A stretch of DNA of 14,208 nucleotides, taken from an uncultured Syntrophorhabdaceae bacterium (GTDB lineage: Bacteria > Desulfobacterota > Syntrophorhabdia > Syntrophorhabdales > Syntrophorhabdaceae). The position numbers were made by a program, and so were the translations under genes. The stretch is taken from the NCBI GenBank assembly GCA_964408265.1, contig CAYOYU010000133.1, positions 1-14,208 on the forward strand, read 5' to 3'. A model generated the notes under the pieces. It was given only the letters and a program-made list of their open reading frames with translations. It searched no databases and was not told the origin of the DNA. Shown piece by piece: positions 9,401-14,208 of this stretch; positions within the stretch are counted from its first letter, which is position 1; each line of letters opens with the position of its first letter.

Positions 9401-10498
9401 AGCCTCTGCGATCTCCTTGGGTAGAGACATCTGCCAGTTCTCGTCATCGCCCCTGCTTATGAGGTTGGGGAAAGTCCCTTCGTGAATGGAATGAAGTAAC
9501 AGATCAGAGCCTTTGGCGTTGGGGAAGATTGCACTTCTATTCTCCTTAAACAGTGCCTTCATCAGGCTGTAAGAAAAGAAATTATATCCTTCGATCATTT
9601 CACGATGCAACTCCTGGTAAGATTTGGGGAGAGGGGCTTCGTCATCCCAGACGCCATATCTTGTGGCGGTCATATTTTCCAGAAAACCTTTCCCAACTTT
9701 GTGAAGGACTGCCTTATTAGGTTTCGCCTCAAGGACTTCCGAAATTGGCAATGCGTAATTGAGGTTCTCATTGGGTGATTTTCGCAGGACAATGCCTATG
9801 ACCTTTCCATCTTTGTCAAGAAGGGGACCGCCGCTGCTGCCGGGGGAGGCAGCGGCAGAGAAACGTATCTGCTTCCATTCCCCTTTCTCATGCTCCGGCG
9901 TGCTGGACGTGTACAGTCCGTCTCTGATCACGATGCCTTCTCCGAGAGCGTTGCCCACCGCGGAGACCCTCTGGTTCAGCTCGGGCTTCGTATTCACAGG
10001 CAGAAACTCCTGCGCCGTTTTTCCCTTCAGGGAAAACACCGCAAAATCCCGGCGTTCCGAGAACTTCGTGATCTTGTCGATATCATATACCGTGCCGTCT
10101 CTGTCCCTCAAGCGGACCTCACCGAAGAGATTCTCCGCGCCCAAAAGCATCACATGTGCAGCCGACACAAATTGAGAAGGCCCTAAGGCAAATGCAGTTC
10201 CTATAGAGTAATACTTATCGGTCCTAACAGAATAGGGCAAGAGGTGCAGCGGCAGAGGAGTCTCATACGTGAGAGACCCTTCCACCGGCTTTGCGACGAC
10301 TACCTCAAAAACTGCTTTGTTGATGATTTCCAGTTTGTCGGGATCCAAGAATCCTTCCGCCCCTATCCCCATCGTGGGGTATGCCCATAGGGCAAGTGCA
10401 ATAACAAAGGCGATGGCAAGACTGCACTTGGTAGTATCACTAAATTCGGCACTAATCCTCAACATCTGGAATCCCCTCCGTCCCAAAAACAATCCCAT
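6497..10498 (-). CDS. Large multidomain protein: N-terminal signal/anchor + trypsin-like (S1C/HtrA-like) serine protease domain + ~500-aa unassigned middle region + ~15 TPR repeats + Cys-rich C-terminal tail (1333 aa)
   Basis: A hydrophobic segment CSLAIAFVIALALWAYP follows a basic N-region. The trypsin-fold catalytic triad is recognisable: His in FVSAAHVML, Asp in RRDFAVFSL and Ser in the HtrA-like ASPGSSGGPLLDKDGKVIGIV. No PDZ domain is seen. The C-terminal third is made of repeated 34-aa TPR units (e.g. AIEIDPKSSGAYINRGNSYLKSGDYESALRDYNR, about 15 copies). The tail reads C-x5-C-x4-C-x11-C. An alternative start at ATG 10463-10465 (MLRISAEF...) is preceded by GGAGGGG at 7-9 nt spacing. The first ATG has no SD. 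Confidence 0.85.
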   Translation of the reverse strand: MGLFLGRRGFQMLRISAEFSDTTKCSLAIAFVIALALWAYPTMGIGAEGFLDPDKLEIINKAVFEVVVAKPVEGSLTYETPLPLHLLPYSVRTDKYYSIGTAFALGPSQFVSAAHVMLLGAENLFGEVRLRDRDGTVYDIDKITKFSERRDFAVFSLKGKTAQEFLPVNTKPELNQRVSAVGNALGEGIVIRDGLYTSSTPEHEKGEWKQIRFSAAASPGSSGGPLLDKDGKVIGIVLRKSPNENLNYALPISEVLEAKPNKAVLHKVGKGFLENMTATRYGVWDDEAPLPKSYQELHREMIEGYNFFSYSLMKALFKENRSAIFPNAKGSDLLLHSIHEGTFPNLISRGDDENWQMSLPKEIAEASLPNDGQLRYGTIGSTIFLLLRKPDNVGLKEFCNDSKLFMDTILKGFALHRYTGVEKTKITSLGKALDEYLFVDSYDRKWLVKTWLAEYGDVKVVTFCLPVPGGVVIMMRTGPMGSMDSGHIPDLKVFTNFISLSYEGTMREWEEFFSMKELLPAAFSTVSISILPGRHLTYASRRLSLRCPSGIIKASRDAVVKLNFGYFREEGRTVWDVAALSIGEARQSGTSLTIKRYARPPAALGEKYKREWSLLEQRKFPFDSSSFAQDKTTCIATILQQPDKGPVEVIYTLLFSKDGKADQKEMEGKLNLFTKEVSLCPGEPGTCSYPGRMDAYHDTGTYHLAPYDLRTIEAMAPRTAFGYVLRGEVHMEKGQYDSACRDYYEAVKMNKVAVAGKFGEDLPAILSGANGNFSDAYFELEKISKSDPFNTLAEPLVIAAEDALSGKISGETARHLFRAGAIRRISTMMEQAVEELNRAIAANPGYHIPYDMRGLMRVLQDTDSSIADYSKAIELDPRDVIAYNRRGVAYKMKKEYDRAMADHEAALRINSLYFKALHNKGVIYHLMGRYDEAIICYDASLQIYPRYYDTYQNRAASLEKKGEYDLAIRDCNKAIEIDPKSSGAYINRGNSYLKSGDYESALRDYNRAIELDPQEEGPYHGRGSIHSKRGDHDRAITDYAKAIEINPKDHTLYLARAASYMLKNELDKALSDLNKAIEIDPADFKIFLLRAELQQKRGNYDLAIYDFDEALEIKPDSSLAYLYRGVAYQKKGNTDQAIADVTKAIEIDPGLTEAYRFRGNMYLRNEALDLAMADFNKALQIDPRLAAAYYSRGTLQFKRGNFDAAILDFGEALKVAPPTAAVYAERGKAYGLKGDYDRSLADFNRALEIDSRDVRTLVSRGYTYTLSKRHREAIADYDRAIMFNPKYPMAYINRGISYYGLNEKGNACSDWTKACEYGMCDNIKRARSMGLCE
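6541..8101 (-). repeat. TPR-repeat coding array (~15 x 102-bp units) within the protease-TPR gene
   Basis: The translation shows recurrent 34-aa units with the TPR signature (W/L-G-Y-A-F-A-P pattern: ..AIEIDP...Y..RG..Y...G.YD.A..D...). Recurring DNA strings such as gatctatctc / atcgaaat correspond to the repeated (A/E)IEIDP segments. Confidence 0.7.
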
Positions 10499-10516
10499 AG
10501 GTCATATTGGTTCTTT

Positions 10517-13030
10517 TCACGTAGCCGATTCCGAACCCGCCTCAGCACCCGACGGCACCGTTTTCTTCAGGAGCCCCGCAATGTCGATTCCCGGCAGGAG
10601 CTTTGTCACCATGCCCATGAGCCCATCACCGGCATTGCCGCCGCCTGCAACGAGAACGTCCGGAACGATCTTGATGCTGCCTCTTTCGATGGCGGCCGAG
10701 ACGAGTTCCACGATCTTGATCTGCTTGATGGCGTCCTCACCGATTGCTTCTTTCTGCTTGGTGTAAGCCTGTGCAGTAGCCTCACCTATTGCGGCAATTT
10801 TTGACGCCTCACCATCACCTATGGCCTTGAGCCTCTTGCCCTCCCCCATACCTTCCAGCGCCTTGGCTTCCGCCGTACCTTCGGCGAGAGTGATCATTTC
10901 CGTCTTCTTCTGGGTCGCCACTTTCACGGCAATTTCCGAGGCGACGAGGGTCGGCTGCTGATCGGCGGTGGCCCGCATCTTTTCCATCTCGGTTCGCTCC
11001 GCCTGAGACTTCTGCTCCATCTTGTACATCTCCTGCTGCTGCTCGGCGATGATCCTTTTGGTCTGGGTCTGCATAAGGTCTTCGGGGAGGCGGATCTGGC
11101 AGATCAGGACCGACACACACTCCACGTGATACCTCTCAAGGTCTGCCCTGGCGCGGGTCTCCGCCTTTGCCTGTTCCTCGGAACGGCTCTGGAGAAAGTT
11201 CATTGCCGACGCGGTAGAGGCCTGGTTCCTGAATGAAGAGTCGATCATGGGATGGATCACATGCTGTATCAGATTGTCGATGGAGCCGACCTTGGCAACC
11301 ATGTACGGGGCTTGGTCCGGCCTCACACGGATGACGACTTTCACGGCAACCTGGATTGGGAAACCATCCTTGGAGATGACGTTCAATTGGTCGAAGCGCG
11401 TGTCTTTCTGATCGTCCCAGTCGATGGTGATGTTGGTAGTATCGATGATGTACATCATGAAGGCCCGCCGGTTGAGGTAATACCGGCCCGGACCGGCAAC
11501 CTCCTCCTGGATCCCGCGAAACCCCTTGGGCACAACGTACCGCTCTTTCCCCTCTTCTTCCGAGGCGCCGATCTGCGTCGAGCCGAGGCGCTTCTTCATC
11601 TCTTCAGTGGGGTCCTCGCCCACGTTCGACACCACAACTCCGACCTGACCACGCTCGATGACTGCCACGTCGTCGAGAGCCACGCTGAACATGAAGGGGT
11701 TGATGTAATAGGTCCCGGGCCGGAGCACGTCAAGCTGCGGTCCGCGCTGCCCGTGTTTCGTCAGAAAGGCGGAGCCATCCTGGTAATCGTTGTGACCGGT
11801 AACCGGAGCAGCAACGTATTCCCTATCCGGCAGGGGAATACCGTCCAGGGCCGTTACCAGGCCGACCTTGTTGGCCTCAACGACTGCAGCGGGCGCTATC
11901 TGGACGTTAAAAAGATTCAGGTTGATCCGGTAGGTACCAGGCAGCAGGACGTCTATCTGCGGCCCTTTCTGCCCGCCGTTCTTCAGGAATGCCTCACCGG
12001 TTTCGTAATTCGAGTGGCCCGACACACTTTGCGCCAGGAGTCGTCCCATGGGGATGGGAGAACCGTCCTGGGCGGTAACCATACCGACCTGCCCTTTGGC
12101 TATAACCACGGCTGCGGCCTTGGTAACCTTGAAGAGGTTCGGGTGAACGCGGTAGACGCCAGGAGGCAGGATCTCTATCTGCGGCCCTTTCTGGCCGCCG
12201 TTCTTGATGAAATCCTCGCCGGACTGAAAGGAATTATGGCCCGGCACCACGTTGGCGAATATGCGGCCAGCCGGTATGGCCGAACCGTCCGCAGACTCCA
12301 CGAGCCCTATCTCCTCCTCGCTGATCTTGGTCGCCGTGCTCTTGGTCACCTTGAAGAGATAGGGGTTGATACGATAATTGCCGGGTGGGATAATTTCAAT
12401 CTGCGGCCCCTTCTGGCCGCCGTTCTTGATGAAAGTCTCGCCGTTCTGGAAGGATTTGTGCCCTTCCACTGCCCGGGCAAATATCTTGCCTTCCGGGATA
12501 GCAATACCGTCAACGGATTCTACGATGCCTATTTCCAGGTCCTTGATCTCGGTAATGGCACCTTTGGTCAACTTGAAGAGGTAGGGGTTGATCCGGTATT
12601 TTCCGGGAGGCAGCACCTCGATCTGCGGCCCCTTCTGGCCGCCGTTCTTGATGAAAGTCTCGCCGTCCTGGAAGGAATTGTGGCCGGGGACAACAGCGGC
12701 AAAGATGTTCCCTGCGGGAATCGATGACCCATCCACCGATTCGATGAGGCCGATCTCCCGTTCAAGTATTTCCGTAAAGACACTCTTTGTTGCCTTGTAG
12801 ATAAAGGGGATGAGGAAGTGCAGGCCGGGCCCTAAGGTCCGCGCCTGGATACCCACTTCATTGCCCAGGGCCACAACGCGTCCTTGTGGCATCTTCCTGC
12901 CGAACCACCTCCGTTCGATGAGGGCAATCTCGTTGCCACCCACAACAATTACGGATTCGTAGATAAGGATAACTGCGGGAATCACCAGGATCAGATACGC
13001 CCAATTATTCAACACGAAATTCAGAATCAT
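10517..13030 (-). CDS. Flotillin-like SPFH/band-7 protein (FloT/YqiK-like) with N-terminal TM segment and 5-6 tandem repeats of the SPFH N-terminal sub-domain (837 aa)
   Basis: A transmembrane helix sits at the N-terminus (NWAYLILVIPAVILIY). Then come repeats of ~74 aa, each ending in ...GHNSFQDGETFIKNGGQKGPQIEVLPPGKYRINPYLFKV. A canonical SPFH core follows (YIIDTTNITIDWDD...FPIQVAVKVVIRVRPD...). The C-terminal region is an Ala/Glu-rich coiled coil typical of flotillins (EGTAEAKALEGMGEGKRLKAIGDGEASKIAAIGEATAQAY). A strong SD AGGAGAA lies 4 nt upstream of ATG 13028-13030. Confidence 0.85.
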   Translation of the reverse strand: MILNFVLNNWAYLILVIPAVILIYESVIVVGGNEIALIERRWFGRKMPQGRVVALGNEVGIQARTLGPGLHFLIPFIYKATKSVFTEILEREIGLIESVDGSSIPAGNIFAAVVPGHNSFQDGETFIKNGGQKGPQIEVLPPGKYRINPYLFKLTKGAITEIKDLEIGIVESVDGIAIPEGKIFARAVEGHKSFQNGETFIKNGGQKGPQIEIIPPGNYRINPYLFKVTKSTATKISEEEIGLVESADGSAIPAGRIFANVVPGHNSFQSGEDFIKNGGQKGPQIEILPPGVYRVHPNLFKVTKAAAVVIAKGQVGMVTAQDGSPIPMGRLLAQSVSGHSNYETGEAFLKNGGQKGPQIDVLLPGTYRINLNLFNVQIAPAAVVEANKVGLVTALDGIPLPDREYVAAPVTGHNDYQDGSAFLTKHGQRGPQLDVLRPGTYYINPFMFSVALDDVAVIERGQVGVVVSNVGEDPTEEMKKRLGSTQIGASEEEGKERYVVPKGFRGIQEEVAGPGRYYLNRRAFMMYIIDTTNITIDWDDQKDTRFDQLNVISKDGFPIQVAVKVVIRVRPDQAPYMVAKVGSIDNLIQHVIHPMIDSSFRNQASTASAMNFLQSRSEEQAKAETRARADLERYHVECVSVLICQIRLPEDLMQTQTKRIIAEQQQEMYKMEQKSQAERTEMEKMRATADQQPTLVASEIAVKVATQKKTEMITLAEGTAEAKALEGMGEGKRLKAIGDGEASKIAAIGEATAQAYTKQKEAIGEDAIKQIKIVELVSAAIERGSIKIVPDVLVAGGGNAGDGLMGMVTKLLPGIDIAGLLKKTVPSGAEAGSESAT
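11645..12754 (-). repeat. Tandem direct repeats, period ~222 bp (5 full copies plus a degenerate flanking copy), coding for the repeated flotillin sub-domain
   Basis: The 46-nt string atctgcggccccttctggccgccgttcttgatgaaagtctcgccgt is identical at ~12398 and ~12621. Near-identical copies occur at ~12176 and ~11953, and a diverged copy at ~11730. Copy spacing is 221-223 bp. The reverse complement encodes FIKNGGQKGPQI. Confidence 0.9.
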
Positions 13031-13153
13031 AGGTTCTCCTTATATGTTGGAATTAGACAGCAAATCTATGATCAGTCCCTGGGATCTTGTTTGCTTTCAG
13101 CTTTTCGTTGCCAATGGTTGATCCTTCTTTCTCTGCTCTGATTCTGTTATTCA
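13031..13153 (-). promoter_or_regulatory. Relatively AT-rich 123-bp intergenic region upstream of the flotillin gene; probable promoter/5'UTR with RBS
   Basis: This is one of only three non-coding gaps in the window. The SD AGGAGAA sits at ~13035-13041 (minus strand). No confident -35/-10 pair could be assigned by eye. Confidence 0.35.
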
Positions 13154-13720
13154 TTATATTCTCCCTGCGGGGTGGTGCCGGTCCTGAACATAGACAAAAA
13201 GGTACCTGGGGGAAAGGGATTCATTGAACATAATCTCCACGTCGTCCTCACCGTAGTGGAAGCGCAGGTCCTGCGCCACTTCCCTCTCAATACTCCGCAT
13301 TTCCGTCTTCGTAAGGTCAGCCCCGTCGGTGCGGGATATCCATAACCGATTGTAGCCGGCCACCTGATGGTCCATCCAGGGGTGCCCATAGAGGTCGGCA
13401 AGGTCTACGATGCTAATCGCAGGGTCGACAAGCAGGCGGGCGAAGGTCCTTCCGTGGACGTCGAAGGTAAAGATATAGCCGCCCTTCTCAGATCTGGAAG
13501 GGTCGTAGGTCTGCATCCTGAGGAACCTGTCGAGTGACTGTCCGTCAAGCTCCGCGTACGCCGCACATGCCTGCACCATAAGAATTGTGCTCTTCACCAT
13601 AGAAGTCGGTTCTTCCGGAAGTCCCAGGGACCGCAGATGCTCACGAAAGATGGCATAGTCATCCGCTGCCGCGTCGGCCTCAAATTTCAGTTGCCAATCA
13701 ATGATGTTCAGCTCTGGCAT
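13154..13720 (-). CDS. Hypothetical protein (188 aa), no recognisable motifs
   Basis: The ORF is uninterrupted and co-directional. It starts 11 bp after the stop of the ParB-like gene, suggesting operonic arrangement. Codon usage and GC match the neighbouring genes. No domain was recognised by eye. Confidence 0.5.
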   Translation of the reverse strand: MPELNIIDWQLKFEADAAADDYAIFREHLRSLGLPEEPTSMVKSTILMVQACAAYAELDGQSLDRFLRMQTYDPSRSEKGGYIFTFDVHGRTFARLLVDPAISIVDLADLYGHPWMDHQVAGYNRLWISRTDGADLTKTEMRSIEREVAQDLRFHYGEDDVEIMFNESLSPRYLFVYVQDRHHPAGRI

Positions 13721-13731
13721 ATTCTATTCGC

Positions 13732-14208
13732 CTATAATCCGCTATCCCCTGTCATCGCTGCCAGTTTGGCATCCACCACCCCTAAGAGTTGGTTGAGGGT
13801 CTCACGAAAGGAGGCGAGGTCGTCGCGGGTGTAGTCTTTGGCATCTTTTTCGATGCTCTTTGCCCAGTTCGCTGCGGCGGCGGTCTGGCGGGTGAGTGTG
13901 CGGGAGACGGGCTTCGGGGCTTCCGTCTTCTTCACCTTCGTGGAGAGCATCTGTTCCAATTTCGCATTGGTCACAGGGTTCGCCATGACCTCGGCGAATA
14001 TCTTCATGTGATTCGGGTTATCCAGGTGGGCGGCAAAGATGTACCCCTGGGTAACTTGGAGTGTTCCCTGCCGAATTGCGTCTTGAATCTCATTTTCAGT
14101 TTTGAGGAGTGATACCATGCGAAGCAGCGTCGATATTGACTTTCCGACGATCTCAGAGATACGGTTCACTGTGAACCGTATGTTGTCCGGTTGCGTCTCC
14201 GGTCTTAG
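13732..14208 (-). CDS. ParB/Spo0J-like HTH protein, 3' portion only (5' end lies beyond window edge)
   Basis: The frame stays open to position 14208; the M at 14169 in the ORF track is a GTG. The segment ...FTVNRISEIVGKSISTLLRMVSLLKTENEIQDAIRQGTLQVTQGYIFAAHL matches the ParB HTH region pattern (GKSRS.V.N.LRLL.LP..VQ..L..G.LS.GHARAL). About 90 aa follow it, consistent with a C-terminal dimerisation domain. Any N-terminal ParB/Srx domain would lie outside the window. Confidence 0.6.
   Translation of the reverse strand, partial: LRPETQPDNIRFTVNRISEIVGKSISTLLRMVSLLKTENEIQDAIRQGTLQVTQGYIFAAHLDNPNHMKIFAEVMANPVTNAKLEQMLSTKVKKTEAPKPVSRTLTRQTAAAANWAKSIEKDAKDYTRDDLASFRETLNQLLGVVDAKLAAMTGDSGL

Noticed and set aside
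465-10766. Other + strand ORFs of 60-190 aa (e.g. 465-896, 1719-2171, 2606-3169, 3380-3964, 7643-8149, 9759-10175, 10269-10766)
   Set aside because: All are antisense to well-supported minus-strand genes with clear domain motifs. They have Arg/Pro/Gly-rich, biased composition expected of GC-rich antisense frames. None has a convincing RBS.
11252-12727. 491-aa ORF on the + strand
   Set aside because: It lies entirely antisense to the flotillin gene. It is built from the reverse frame of the 222-bp tandem repeats (repeated GPQIEILPP-antisense strings), with a low-complexity R/G/L/H-rich composition and no SD. It is a typical high-GC shadow ORF.
11645-12754. Possible CRISPR array suggested by regularly spaced direct repeats
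   Set aside because: The period is ~222 bp with ~75-bp conserved cores and diverged, protein-coding spacers. The whole region is one continuous ORF encoding repeated protein sub-domains, not 28-37-bp repeats with unique spacers.
1-14208. Gasdermin-like, STAND/AAA NTPase, toxin, integrase/transposase, tRNA or rRNA genes
   Set aside because: I scanned all ORFs above 100 aa and found no P-loop (GxxxxGK[ST]) NTPase, recombinase, DDE or tRNA-like features. The absence is noted, and it weakens any canonical defence-island or mobile-element call for this window.

Overview
High-GC window carrying nine co-directional genes, all on the minus strand, with no convincing plus-strand genes. Domain assignments rest on motifs read by eye from the translations; no database search was run. 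In transcription order (right to left):
- a 3' fragment of a ParB/Spo0J-like HTH protein, open through the window edge at 14208
- a 188-aa hypothetical protein
- an 837-aa flotillin/SPFH (band-7) protein whose N-terminal region carries 5-6 tandem ~74-aa repeats of the SPFH N-terminal sub-domain, visible as ~222-bp near-identical direct repeats in the DNA
- 18 bp later, a 1333-aa protein with an N-terminal signal/anchor, an HtrA-like trypsin (S1) protease domain, an unassigned ~500-aa middle region, about 15 TPR repeats and a Cys-rich tail
- a 289-bp gap
- a tightly packed five-gene array: a class I SAM methyltransferase, an FRG-domain protein, a leaderless S8 subtilisin-like peptidase with a large N-terminal extension, a standalone ComEC-type metallo-beta-lactamase-fold hydrolase and a calcineurin-like metallophosphoesterase.
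Two candidate uncharacterised modules stand out: the flotillin plus S1-protease/TPR pair, and the MTase-FRG-subtilase-MBL-phosphoesterase cluster. Both are hypotheses from domain content and gene order only. No rRNA, tRNA, CRISPR array or transposase was recognised.
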